From assembly GCA_039818205.1 (NCBI GenBank), contig JBCBUK010000006.1:1-64000 (forward strand): a DNA stretch of 64,000 nt, read 5' to 3'. A program made the position numbers and the translations under genes. Numbering within the stretch: position 1 is the first letter of the stretch; every line of letters starts with the position of its first letter. The notes below the pieces were generated by a model. That model was given only the letters and a program-made list of their open reading frames with translations. It had not been told where the DNA came from and did not search any database. Below are positions 1-9,570 of this stretch, in pieces. The stretch is from Verrucomicrobiota bacterium. Its GTDB lineage: Bacteria; Verrucomicrobiota; Verrucomicrobiia; Opitutales; Cerasicoccaceae.

Positions 1-70
1 CAAGCGGCTGTAAAATATAATTTGAACCAACGGGTGATCCCGAGCCTTGGGCTAAGCTAACGGATGCAAG

Positions 71-520
71 GAAGCTGATTTGGAACAGCAGGCAAGGGTC
101 TCCGGCGATGGCTCGATCACTTTGCCGCTCATTGGAAAAGTCCACATTGCGGGCATGACCTTGCAGGACGCGACCACCTTGATCACGCAACTCTATGATC
201 GTGACTATATTGTAAACCCTCAGGTTTCGCTTCTGCTTATTGCTTACACTGAACGCCGCGCTTATGTGCACGGTCAGGTAAACCGTCCAGGACCGGTGAT
301 CATTCCACCGGAGGAATCCATGACGTTGACCCAGGTTATTAGTTCAGCTGGCAGCCGCACTCGCCTCGCTAGTAACCGCATTCAGCTCACCCGGGTTGAC
401 GAGAGCGGGAGAAAGAAGGTGATTGAGCTTTACTTCGACGACATTTTGGATGATCCAAAGGCAAAGGACATCATTGTTCAAGATGGCGACACCATCTACA
501 TCCCAGAGCGCATTATCTAG
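71..520 (+). CDS. Polysaccharide export protein (Wza/Poly_export + SLBB domain), 5'-truncated
   Basis: EADLEQQARVSGDGSITLPLIG...YIVNPQVS...VHGQVNRPG...DGDTIYIPE matches Wza-family motifs and sits directly upstream of Wzc. The frame is closed by TAA at 53-55, so the N-terminus is missing. Confidence 0.85.
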   Translation, partial: EADLEQQARVSGDGSITLPLIGKVHIAGMTLQDATTLITQLYDRDYIVNPQVSLLLIAYTERRAYVHGQVNRPGPVIIPPEESMTLTQVISSAGSRTRLASNRIQLTRVDESGRKKVIELYFDDILDDPKAKDIIVQDGDTIYIPERII

Positions 521-571
521 AGCGCACCCTGCAGCGCTTGAATTTCCCCATTACCAGCGATTTTCTTTCCC

Positions 572-2875
572 ATGAGTGACGAACAGCGTACACCCTCCGA
601 TGGCCAGAGCGGCTCCTATGGAGCCTACCAAGGCTACGGTTCCTACGGAAACGGAAACTACGGCGGCTATTATTATGGCTACGGCTACAACTACGGTGGC
701 TACGGCGGTTCCGAACAGGGACCCAGTCGTTCCTTCAAAGACTACCTGGCGATCATCCGTGAGCGAATTTGGTATCTCGTTGTTACCTTCTTCATCATTT
801 TTACGGCTACCTTGCTCTATACCGTCAACGTGACGCCTGAATTTCGGTCGATCGCAACGGTGCAAGTGCTCAAGGATGACGCAAATGTCCTTGGTACTCA
901 GGATGTTTTGGACAATGCGATTCGTGGCTTAGAGGATTTTAACACACAGATTCGTGTTCTTGAAAGTAACACATTGGTTAGCCGCGTAGCGGAACGGATC
1001 AAAGATGAGGAGCGCCGCCGTTTCATGGCGCCATACAAAGACCAGTTTAGCCTTTCGGGCCCCATGACCCTTGAGGAAGTGCTTGGACGGAATAAATCGG
1101 TTGATCCGCTGCGCAACACTTGGGTGGTTGCGATTGGATACATGCACCCTGATAAAGACCTCGCGGCTATCGTTGCTAACTATTTCGCTGACGAATACAT
1201 CAATTACAACGTTCGCTTGAATATTGAGGTTTCGATGCGGGCCGTTGAAGACCTCCGAGTTCGCGCCGACCACCAGAAAGAGAAGGTCGAGGAAATCCGT
1301 CAGGGATTGAACGATTATCGCAAGGAGAACAAGCGAATCGGATTTGGAGCTGAGGAAAACCAGGGCCTTGAAGGTCAGGAGCTGCTTAGCCTCCGCCGTA
1401 CCGTGATTGAGGACAAGCGTGCCCTCGATCTTCAGGAAGCGCGATGGAACCTCGTTCAAGAATATCAGGAAACCGAACGGTCACTTTGGGATATCCCCTT
1501 TATCGCGGAAATGCCTCTGATCTCAAGCCTTCTCTCGAAGCGTTCTGATCAAAATATCATTTTTGCCTCTTTGGTTAAGCGGTATCGGGACAAGCACCCG
1601 AAGATGATTGAAGCCCGACACTCGATCGAGGAAACCGATCTCGAGTTGAACAAGGCAATTAATTCAGCGGTTGAGAAGATTCGTATCACTTACGAGCAGG
1701 CCAAAACCGCTTATGAGCAAGCAAACTCTCGCATGGCGTCGAAAGAGTTGGATATGATGCAGCTCAATGAGGATGCGGTTAAATACAATTCGATGCTCGA
1801 TGAACTAGAGGTCAACAATTCACTCTACCAGGCAATGATGGGTCGTTTGCAAACCGAGATGGCTCAGGTTGCATTGCAGGGCGCAAGCGCCCGCATTATT
1901 GACAAAGCGATGCCTTCTGCGAAGCAGGCAAAGCCAAAGATTTTCTTAAACCTCGCCGTTGGCGCATTCGGTGGTATGGCAGCGGGTATTGCTCTGGTGT
2001 TTGCGATTGCTTTGATGGACGATCGGATCAAGAGCGCCTACGATATCGAAAACGCTGTTGGCCTTCCTTTGATCGGAATCATTCCCCGCATCAAACGTCT
2101 GAACTCACCGGAAAAAGCACAGGCCGTTGCGTCGAACGCTGAAAGAAGGGTCACGGAATCGTTCCGCGCAATTCACTCAGCACTCAAGCTCAACGAGGCG
2201 AGTAAGAAGGCGAAGATTATTGTCACTACCAGTACATCGCCTTCAGAAGGTAAGTCTTTCGTAACCACCAACCTTGCGATCACATTCGCCATTCACGGCG
2301 AACGAACCCTGATCGTTGATGGTGACTTGCGGATGCCGAATGTCGCGAAGTCTTTGAATATCGAAGAACGCACCGACGGTCTGGTAAAATACTTTGCGGG
2401 CGATTGTCCTCTTGAGCAGGCGATTTTATCTGAGCTTTATCCAAACCTGGATGTGTTGGCCGCGGGTCAAAAAGCGAAGAATCCGACTCAGATCCTCAAC
2501 AGCCCAGACTTTGAGCAGTTGCTTGCAACCTTAAGCGAACGTTACGACCGCATCTTTATCGACTCGCCTCCAGTGGCCGTGGTTAGTGACGTGCTAACGC
2601 TCTTACCGTTCGCCGATGGCATCATTTACGTCATCAAGTTTAACTCGGTTAAGCGCAAGACTGCGAAGTCTAATCTCCGTCGTATTATAGAGTCGAACAC
2701 TCCCGTGTTTGGAGCAATTCTCAACCAGATCAGCGTATCGGTTGCGAGTTACTACTACTCTAATTACTACGACAAATCGTACTCGAAGTACTACGGTGGG
2801 GATGATGAAGGCGATGCGATCGATGTGCCGATTAGTAAGCCGCAATCAAAGCCCGACCAAGTTACCAACGCCTAG
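572..2875 (+). CDS. Polysaccharide co-polymerase / tyrosine autokinase (Wzc/BY-kinase)
   Basis: Two TM segments flank a coiled-coil periplasmic region. It has Walker A (TSTSPSEGKS), DGDLRMP, IFIDSPP and a C-terminal Tyr cluster (YYYSNYYDKSYSKYY). Confidence 0.93.
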   Translation: MSDEQRTPSDGQSGSYGAYQGYGSYGNGNYGGYYYGYGYNYGGYGGSEQGPSRSFKDYLAIIRERIWYLVVTFFIIFTATLLYTVNVTPEFRSIATVQVLKDDANVLGTQDVLDNAIRGLEDFNTQIRVLESNTLVSRVAERIKDEERRRFMAPYKDQFSLSGPMTLEEVLGRNKSVDPLRNTWVVAIGYMHPDKDLAAIVANYFADEYINYNVRLNIEVSMRAVEDLRVRADHQKEKVEEIRQGLNDYRKENKRIGFGAEENQGLEGQELLSLRRTVIEDKRALDLQEARWNLVQEYQETERSLWDIPFIAEMPLISSLLSKRSDQNIIFASLVKRYRDKHPKMIEARHSIEETDLELNKAINSAVEKIRITYEQAKTAYEQANSRMASKELDMMQLNEDAVKYNSMLDELEVNNSLYQAMMGRLQTEMAQVALQGASARIIDKAMPSAKQAKPKIFLNLAVGAFGGMAAGIALVFAIALMDDRIKSAYDIENAVGLPLIGIIPRIKRLNSPEKAQAVASNAERRVTESFRAIHSALKLNEASKKAKIIVTTSTSPSEGKSFVTTNLAITFAIHGERTLIVDGDLRMPNVAKSLNIEERTDGLVKYFAGDCPLEQAILSELYPNLDVLAAGQKAKNPTQILNSPDFEQLLATLSERYDRIFIDSPPVAVVSDVLTLLPFADGIIYVIKFNSVKRKTAKSNLRRIIESNTPVFGAILNQISVSVASYYYSNYYDKSYSKYYGGDDEGDAIDVPISKPQSKPDQVTNA

Positions 2876-2879
2876 GAAT

Positions 2880-3863
2880 CTAGCGTTTGCTCGCACGACT
2901 AAGGCGATCGCGGATAGCATCCGCGATTCCGCCCGCTTCCGGTATCTCGCATTGAATCGCCTCTACCTCACCCTGAGCATCAATCTTGTGCAGAAGGGCA
3001 AATAGGTTGTGGGCAACTTCGGAAAGGTTCCCTTGCTCGCTAAGCCAGTAGGTTTGGCCGGGCATCAGATGATCTTTCGGCCGGGCTAGAAAAATTTGTG
3101 CAGTCGTTCCATTGGGTTTTGGCAACTCGCCGACTGGGTGCAGGCTCAAATGCTTTCTGGGACTGTAGTGGCGCTCCAATTGTCCAGGAGCGACTGATAC
3201 GTCGCTCTGTGGTCCCGATTTCATATCCAAAACGGGTCGATCAAGTACCCGCTGAAGTTCCTCGCGGCCGACTGGGCCCGGGCGAAGAATTATCGGCTCC
3301 TTGGGATCCCGGAGGTCCAAAATGGTCGATTCCACCCCGGCCTCACACTGGCCTCCATCCAGGATATAGGGACAGCGATCGCCCAGGTTTCGAGCAACGT
3401 GATCAGCCGTTGTCGGGCTCACATAGCCAAAGGGATTGGCGCTGGGAGCGGCCAGGAAAAGGCCACTTTCCTCTAATACCTGTCGCATCAACGGGTGGGC
3501 AGGGCAGCGAATTGCAACGCTGTCTCGGTTAGCCGTCACGAGGTCAGGAACCTGTGGCGCCTTGGGCAATACGAGGGTTAGCGCGCCCGGCCAGCATTGG
3601 TTAGCGACCAATTCCAGGGCCTTCTGCTGCTCTTGATCGAGCTCTGTAAGCGCTTTGGCGGCACTCAGATCCAGAAGGTGGACGATCAACGGATCAATGA
3701 GCGGTCGTCCTTTAATCGTGAAGATATCGCGGACGGCGGACTCGTTTAAGGCATTGGCTGCTAGCCCATACACCGTTTCGGTGGGGACTGCCACGCAAGA
3801 GCCACTTTGGAGGAGCCTCGCGGCCTCTTTTATCCCCGTTATTCCCGTCATGTATGGTCTCAT
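2880..3863 (-). CDS. sua5: L-threonylcarbamoyladenylate synthase (Sua5/TsaC)
   Basis: VAVPTETVYGLAANA, KGRP, APSAN, ESTILD and PGQLERHYSP (SUA5 linker). The start could be 3851. Confidence 0.93.
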   Translation of the reverse strand: MRPYMTGITGIKEAARLLQSGSCVAVPTETVYGLAANALNESAVRDIFTIKGRPLIDPLIVHLLDLSAAKALTELDQEQQKALELVANQCWPGALTLVLPKAPQVPDLVTANRDSVAIRCPAHPLMRQVLEESGLFLAAPSANPFGYVSPTTADHVARNLGDRCPYILDGGQCEAGVESTILDLRDPKEPIILRPGPVGREELQRVLDRPVLDMKSGPQSDVSVAPGQLERHYSPRKHLSLHPVGELPKPNGTTAQIFLARPKDHLMPGQTYWLSEQGNLSEVAHNLFALLHKIDAQGEVEAIQCEIPEAGGIADAIRDRLSRASKR

Positions 3864-3868
3864 GGCAT

Positions 3869-3892
3869 AAAAAAAGCGCCAATTGGCGCTTT
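3869..3892 (-). terminator. Intrinsic terminator after rpsR
   Basis: Minus strand reads AAAGCGCC-AATT-GGCGCTTT followed by a T run. Confidence 0.8.
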
Positions 3893-3917
3893 CGGGGTTT
3901 TAGTTGTCAGGTTGCAA

Positions 3918-4109
3918 CTACTTCATCAGAAGCATGTTGCGAGCACGCTTGATTGCCTTTGTAACGCGGCGCTGTTGCAGCGCGGTCAAGCCGGTGATGC
4001 GGCGTGGCAGGATTTTGCCCGTGTCGGTGACAAAACGTGAGAGTGCGTCGACATCGGTGAAATCGAAATCAAGCGGTGTGCGGCTTTGCTGGTTTGCTTC
4101 TTCGCTCAT
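3918..4109 (-). CDS. rpsR: 30S ribosomal protein S18
   Basis: [48 protein letters not shown] chose the ATG at 4109 over the longer ORF-track start. Confidence 0.93.
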   Translation of the reverse strand: MSEEANQQSRTPLDFDFTDVDALSRFVTDTGKILPRRITGLTALQQRRVTKAIKRARNMLLMK

Positions 4110-4233
4110 GGTAATAAATTGGAAAACCTGCCAGAGAATCGTTTTGCAGCAATAACGCAAGGAAAATTTGCTTAAAAGCCAATCCAATTTTGCGATTGCG
4201 GGTTGGCGGCTGGCGCGAATGCTTTTCGAGCTT

Positions 4234-5913
4234 ATGTCATTGGAAGACAGTCGGACCATCCGTCGTGATCTGGTCGCCCTCATGTTATTCTTTGGCGTAC
4301 TCTTTTTCGGTACGACTTGGTTTCGTCCTTTGGCGAATCCAGACGAGGGTCGCTACAGCGAGATTCCACGCGAAATGCTGGCCAGTGGGGACTGGGTGCA
4401 GCCGCGGCTCAATGGCGTGCTCTACTTCTACAAACCGCCTTTGCCTTACTGGCTTCATGCATTGGCGATTGGTGCCGGCGGGACTTCGCTTGGCGTGCTG
4501 CGGTTCTGGCCCGCGGCGATCTCCTTATTTGGGCTACTGGGAACCTACCTAGCCGCGCGGCACATTTATGGTCGGTTGGCCGGTCTATTTAGCTCGGCAA
4601 TTCTGGGGACCTGTCTGCTTTATTTTGGCCTCAGCCAGATCATCACGCTCGACCCATTCGTTAGCGTTTTCATGTGCTTGGCGCTGTTTTGCTATATCAT
4701 CGGCCTGTTTACTGAGGTCGGGCGATCCCGGCGCTTGCTCTTCGGAGGGTTCTATTTGCTTATCTCGCTCGCGGTGATGTCCAAGGGTTTCATGGCAATC
4801 GCAATACCCGGCGCGATTATTTTCCTTTGGTTTGTCGTTATGAATCAATGGAGACGACTGCGCGATTTGTACCTCGGTATGGGCGTCTTGATTTTTGCCG
4901 TCGTGGCCGGACCGTGGCACCTAGCGGCTTGGATGCAGAACCCACACTGGTTCGATTTCTACATTATCCACGAGCATTGGGAGCGGTATTTGTCCGACGT
5001 GAGCGACCGCTCCCAGCCGTTTTGGTATTACCTGGTGTTGCTACCGATCGGTTTCCTGCCCTGGACGGTATTTTTGCCGCAGGTCCTGGTGGCCAATTTC
5101 CGCCGCTGGTCCAGTCGGAAGGAACACCCAGTCGCGTGGTTCTTGTTGATCTGGTCGGCGTTCGTCGTGTTTTTCTTCTCACTGTCTGAAAGTAAGCTGC
5201 CGACCTATATATTGCCGGTGATGGCGCCGCTGGCGGTGCTGACTGGTGCTTTCTTGGCTGAGGTCGTTGACGGTGGGGGATGGAAACGGTTGCGCCGCGG
5301 AATCGCCGCCTTGGCCGGCTTGTTGATCCTATTGGGCCTGATCCTCCCGGTTTTGCTCATCGTGCGGGGCGATGAAGTTAATCCCGGTGGCACCGGTTGG
5401 GTCGTTTTGGCAATTGCTCTACTGCTCGCGGGGGGCGGAGTCTCTTTGTATTCGCTGAAGCGGGGCGAGGAACTTCGGGCGCTGGTCGCAGCCTTCGCCG
5501 GAATTGCGCTGACTTATCTTTGTTTCAATGGTTTGGCCGCGCGTTTTCAGCAGCCTGGGACTCGCGCCTTTGCGGAGTTTCTTAAACCGCAGCTGGAAGC
5601 CGGCGACCAGGTGTTTCATTTCGCGGACTATTTTCAGGACTTTCCGTTCTATCTCGAGCAGCCCGTCGATCTCCTCCTGCAGTTTCCCAATGAGCAAACC
5701 TTTGGTGCCCGGTGGGAGCCCGAGCAACTTGACCGCTACGTCGAAAATCAGGAGGAAATTCCGTCAGCCTGGGAGGTACCAGGGCGCAGGTTTGCCCTCG
5801 CCCATGCGGAGCACCTACCGATTTTCCAGCAGCTGTATCCCGACTTGGCGGTTTTCGTTTGGATGGCGGATGACAACTACGTCTTGTTTGCGAATCAGCC
5901 CATGCCGAAATAA
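4234..5913 (+). CDS. GT39/ArnT-like lipid-linked aminosugar transferase
   Basis: [23 protein letters not shown] motif, QPFWYY and SKLPTYILP, with many TM helices. Confidence 0.88.
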   Translation: MSLEDSRTIRRDLVALMLFFGVLFFGTTWFRPLANPDEGRYSEIPREMLASGDWVQPRLNGVLYFYKPPLPYWLHALAIGAGGTSLGVLRFWPAAISLFGLLGTYLAARHIYGRLAGLFSSAILGTCLLYFGLSQIITLDPFVSVFMCLALFCYIIGLFTEVGRSRRLLFGGFYLLISLAVMSKGFMAIAIPGAIIFLWFVVMNQWRRLRDLYLGMGVLIFAVVAGPWHLAAWMQNPHWFDFYIIHEHWERYLSDVSDRSQPFWYYLVLLPIGFLPWTVFLPQVLVANFRRWSSRKEHPVAWFLLIWSAFVVFFFSLSESKLPTYILPVMAPLAVLTGAFLAEVVDGGGWKRLRRGIAALAGLLILLGLILPVLLIVRGDEVNPGGTGWVVLAIALLLAGGGVSLYSLKRGEELRALVAAFAGIALTYLCFNGLAARFQQPGTRAFAEFLKPQLEAGDQVFHFADYFQDFPFYLEQPVDLLLQFPNEQTFGARWEPEQLDRYVENQEEIPSAWEVPGRRFALAHAEHLPIFQQLYPDLAVFVWMADDNYVLFANQPMPK

Positions 5914-5956
5914 TTTTGCTTTGCTCAGCGGCGTGGATTGGCCGATCGTTTTGCCT

Positions 5957-7120
5957 ATGTCTGACGAAGCTCCATTTTTGCCCTTCGCGAAACCAAGTAT
6001 TTCCGCCGAAGCAATTGCCGAAGTAAGTGCCTGCCTGGAGTCGGGTTGGATCACGACGGGCCCCCGAACCAAGCGGTTTGAGGAGATGCTGCGCGACTAC
6101 TTTAATGCGCCGTCAGCGCAATGTTGTTCTTCGGCAACGGCCGGTTTGTTGATGGCACTCCTGTCGCTTCATATGAAGCCGGGTGATGAGGTTGTCACCA
6201 GCTCGATGACCTTTGTGGCAACGCTCAACACGATTGTGTTGGCGGGCGGCAAGCCCGTGTTGGTCGACGTTGATCCAGCCACCGGAAATCTCGACATTGA
6301 ACAGCTCGAGGAGCGTATAACCGTGAAAACCCGTGCGATCATGCCGGTTCACTTTGCTGGCCTGCCGGTTGATCTAGACCACCTTTATAGCGTTGCCGAG
6401 CGGCATGAGCTGAGGGTGATTGAAGACTGTGCGCATGCCATTGGCGCCGACTATAAAAACCGGCGAGTGGGCACCTTTGGGGACACCCAAGTGTTTAGCT
6501 TTCACCCGAACAAAAATATGACCACGGGCGAGGGCGGAGTGGTTATCACCCGTGAATCCGCAATGACGGCGCAGATCGAGAAGATTCGATTCCACGGCAT
6601 CGATCGGTCGGCCGAAAATGAGTTTGGCCAACCCGGCACCCCGCGGTACGACATCGCCCTGGCCGGATACAAATTTAACTTTATGGACCTGCAGGCCTCG
6701 CTAGGGATCCATCAGTTGCCATCGCTGGCGGGTTTCAATAGTCGCCGTAGGGCCCTGGCTGAACGTTATTTTGCCGAGTTGAGTGACTGCCCCGCGGTGA
6801 CTCTTCCGAGCTTCGAGGCCATCGATTATTCTCATTTGCATGCGTGGCACCTCTTTGCGCCGCGATTGAACCTCGATACTCTTGGCATGACCCGCGATGA
6901 GGTCATGGCAGCGCTCAAGGCCCAAGGGATCGGCAGTGGGCTTCACTACCAAGCACCGCACCTTTCGAGCTACTATCGAGACGAATTTGGCTACCAGCGC
7001 GGCGACTTTCCCGGGGCCGAGGACCTGTCCGATCGGATCATTTCATTGCCCTTATTCCCCGATATGACTGAGGCGGATCAAGACCGCGTTATCGCTGCTT
7101 TGCGTTCGCTCGTGCCCTAG
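5957..7120 (+). CDS. DegT/DnrJ/EryC1/StrS PLP sugar aminotransferase (ArnB-like)
   Basis: FLPFAKP, SGWITTGP, IEDCAHAIG and FSFHPNKNMTTGEGG (PLP Lys). The true start is the ATG at 5957. Confidence 0.9.
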   Translation: MSDEAPFLPFAKPSISAEAIAEVSACLESGWITTGPRTKRFEEMLRDYFNAPSAQCCSSATAGLLMALLSLHMKPGDEVVTSSMTFVATLNTIVLAGGKPVLVDVDPATGNLDIEQLEERITVKTRAIMPVHFAGLPVDLDHLYSVAERHELRVIEDCAHAIGADYKNRRVGTFGDTQVFSFHPNKNMTTGEGGVVITRESAMTAQIEKIRFHGIDRSAENEFGQPGTPRYDIALAGYKFNFMDLQASLGIHQLPSLAGFNSRRRALAERYFAELSDCPAVTLPSFEAIDYSHLHAWHLFAPRLNLDTLGMTRDEVMAALKAQGIGSGLHYQAPHLSSYYRDEFGYQRGDFPGAEDLSDRIISLPLFPDMTEADQDRVIAALRSLVP

Positions 7121-7775
7121 CCGCCTTCAAGGCAAATACCAGAAATCCGGTAACTGCCACATAGCCAATGGTCATCGGCTCGGGAACGACGGTTGTCGAG
7201 AAGGCAATATCGTCGACGACCAGTGTTCCGAGGCTATCAACCGCGCCGTCTTCCATAATGACGAGTTCGGACGTTTGACCGGCAAAGCCAGACACGTCAA
7301 CGCCCCAAAGGTTGCCACCGAGGTTGATCATTGGAATTGTGTTGCCGTCGACAAAAACAGCGAGATCGCCGATTGCCTGCAGTTGAATGGAGTTAGCTTG
7401 AGCGGGAATCATTCCAGTTTGGCTGATAAAGGCGTGTTCGTAGCCGATCAGGTTTCCGTTGAGGTCAGGGCCGGTATAGTCGTTGCCGCTTCCGATTAGC
7501 AGGGAAAAGTTTCCCGCGAGGGGATCCATCCCCGTGAAGGCGTTGTTGGTCGCGTCAAAGATCAGATAGCGCTGAGAATCGCCGAGGTGTGAATTGATGT
7601 AGTAAACGACGTCGGCATCGGTCCCAGTGTTGTGTCCCCATCCAGGAGCCGCGTTGGACCAGTCATGCGTTTGAAACGATGGATCGTCAATGATCGGGTT
7701 CGACAGATTGGCTGATTCAAATCCCAGATTAACAAATGTTCCCGAAAGATTGGCGGCAGAGATCGAGAGAAGCAT
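7089..7775 (-). CDS. PEP-CTERM-type surface protein
   Basis: C-terminal VVPEP + hydrophobic helix + basic tail; FVNLGFES near the N-terminus. Its 3' end overlaps the arnB-like gene by 32 bp. Confidence 0.75.
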   Translation of the reverse strand: MLLSISAANLSGTFVNLGFESANLSNPIIDDPSFQTHDWSNAAPGWGHNTGTDADVVYYINSHLGDSQRYLIFDATNNAFTGMDPLAGNFSLLIGSGNDYTGPDLNGNLIGYEHAFISQTGMIPAQANSIQLQAIGDLAVFVDGNTIPMINLGGNLWGVDVSGFAGQTSELVIMEDGAVDSLGTLVVDDIAFSTTVVPEPMTIGYVAVTGFLVFALKAARARANAKQR

Positions 7776-7840
7776 TTCCTGACGTTACCATGTCCATGTG
7801 AACGCGCGAAGGCGGACAAGTTACAGGTTGGCGAACTGTT

Positions 7841-8110
7841 TTAAGTATCCACTCGTTCACGAAAAAAGACCGCCGTTTTGCCGACACTGCCGACGCACTC
7901 GGACTGCGTGCGCTCCTCGAGATCGGCAATGGCTGACTTCAGCAAGTCCCCGCCAACAATGAACTTGGCTTTCACCAGCCCGTCGCGCTTGAGGAGCGCA
8001 TCCATTTCGGTGATCAGGGTTTCTGACACGCCAGCCTTGCCGACATGCACATGGGCGGGCAATCGCTGTGCGACGCCCCGGAGTTTCTTTTTATCCGCAG
8101 AAGAAAGCAT
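7841..8110 (-). CDS. yhbY: YhbY/CRM-domain RNA-binding protein
   Basis: LSSADKKKLRGVAQRL..VHVGKAGV..GLVK..VGKTAVFFR. Confidence 0.85.
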   Translation of the reverse strand: MLSSADKKKLRGVAQRLPAHVHVGKAGVSETLITEMDALLKRDGLVKAKFIVGGDLLKSAIADLEERTQSECVGSVGKTAVFFRERVDT

Positions 8111-8143
8111 CGACTGATCGTATTCGATGCGCGCGCTTAAAGT

Positions 8144-8671
8144 CTAGTCTGGATAGGTGCCCCGAATCGGGTAGTTGTTGTCCCGGATCCACTCCACAGT
8201 TTCGACCAGCTCTTTCAAATCAGCCCGGTTGAACGGAGTATTGGATATATCGATGAGCTGGAGCTTTGCGTCGGTGTTGACTACAAAGGTTGCCGGCTCG
8301 GGAAATGGTTGGTCGGTTTCGTGTTCGGACCGTGGATTCGAGATATAGAGGCCGAGCACCTGCATTTGTTCGATCGATAGACCATAGCCGACCGGGAATG
8401 TAAGGTCTCCAGTTTCGACCATTGTTTCCGCCTTGGCCTGTGGATCACCGGAGATGGCGACAATTTCGGAGCCCACTTTGGTAAAGTCGCGTTTAAGCTG
8501 TTCGAGGCGCTTCAAATACTCATGGCAGATCGGGCAATGGAGTCCGCGGTAGACGATAACGATCGCCCAATTATTGGGATCAGCAACTTGGCCAATGGTA
8601 TGTTCGCCGCCACCAACGAGTGGCAGGGTAATGGCGGGAAGGGTGCCGCCCGAAGTCAGTTTGTTGCTCAT
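8144..8671 (-). CDS. Peroxiredoxin-like/redoxin family protein
   Basis: YRGLHCPIC CxxC motif, AISGD and FPEPATFVV. The ATG at 8671 was chosen. Confidence 0.85.
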   Translation of the reverse strand: MSNKLTSGGTLPAITLPLVGGGEHTIGQVADPNNWAIVIVYRGLHCPICHEYLKRLEQLKRDFTKVGSEIVAISGDPQAKAETMVETGDLTFPVGYGLSIEQMQVLGLYISNPRSEHETDQPFPEPATFVVNTDAKLQLIDISNTPFNRADLKELVETVEWIRDNNYPIRGTYPD

Positions 8672-8732
8672 AGGAATGATGGTTTGGATGGTTGGATGGT
8701 GGATTCGGAATACGCTTTCTTGGATTGTCTGA

Positions 8733-9275
8733 TCAAAGCACGTAGCCGTTGGGCTTCTGTTGTTTATACCCCTCAAACACGAGCCAAGCAAACAGGATTG
8801 TCAAAACGGGGCCGATGTAGCGGCCTAGTTGATCATCGTGTTCATGCCATTCGAGAAATCGATCCGGTGCGAAATGCTCTTCGAACCGTGTAGTCAAACC
8901 GACAATTTCCCGCCAGCATTCGTCATTGAAGCCGTTGACTCGCGGATCTCCGCGTGCTTCAGAAGTGTTCAGTAGCATCGTAATGGCCGTTCCTTTGGCA
9001 ATGTGTTCGGGCGTATCCAAGCCGTGCGCGAACACTGTTGGATAGGGGTTGGTTGACTTATACAGCGTGTCATCGCCATCGAGTTTTATCACCAGATTCC
9101 TATTCCATTTGGTACCTCGCTCATTTTTGATCGATTCAACGATGCCCGAAACGTCCGCTAGGCTATCATCCAGGTGTTCGTTGGGAAGATAGGCTTTGAA
9201 CGTGAACGGAACGATGCTTACCAACCCGATCATCCCCGTTATCGATAGGAAGTTTAGCAGGCGCTTCAGTTTCAT
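8733..9275 (-). CDS. Hypothetical membrane protein (two terminal TM helices)
   Basis: 180-aa ATG ORF with N- and C-terminal hydrophobic segments. Confidence 0.65.
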   Translation of the reverse strand: MKLKRLLNFLSITGMIGLVSIVPFTFKAYLPNEHLDDSLADVSGIVESIKNERGTKWNRNLVIKLDGDDTLYKSTNPYPTVFAHGLDTPEHIAKGTAITMLLNTSEARGDPRVNGFNDECWREIVGLTTRFEEHFAPDRFLEWHEHDDQLGRYIGPVLTILFAWLVFEGYKQQKPNGYVL

Positions 9276-9506
9276 GGTTCAACTTAGGATGCCGTCATTG
9301 ATCGTGTTTTGCAACCTGGATTCGATGCCTTCCTAGAGTTCCGCGGTGTTGAGTTCGATGCCTTGGTTCAATTCAGCCCAAAGACTTTCTCATTGAGTCC
9401 CTGGTGGGCTTTCCAACTGGTCAGTCGGCGGATTCTCAAATTCGCCTTGCGCGCGATCGAATCAAACCAATGAAGCATGTATGCTGGGTCGTGGCCCGAT
9501 GGAGGC

Positions 9507-9545
9507 AAAAAAAATTGGGGCCACCCGTAAAAAACGGATGACCCC
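9507..9545 (-). terminator. Probable intrinsic terminator after alaS
   Basis: Hairpin GGGGTCATCCGT/ACGGGTGGCCCC followed by T8 on the minus strand. Confidence 0.7.
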
Positions 9546-9570
9546 TCAGTCAGTAGCAAATTGGTTTCGA

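Noticed and set aside
5528..5956. 143-codon N-terminal extension of the aminotransferase ORF overlapping the arnT-like gene
   Set aside because: Family homology begins at the ATG at 5957, and the extension has non-protein-like composition.
9321..9364. Direct repeat TTCGATGCCTT twice, 33 bp apart
   Set aside because: Only two 11-bp copies and no cas genes, so not a CRISPR array. No function can be supported.
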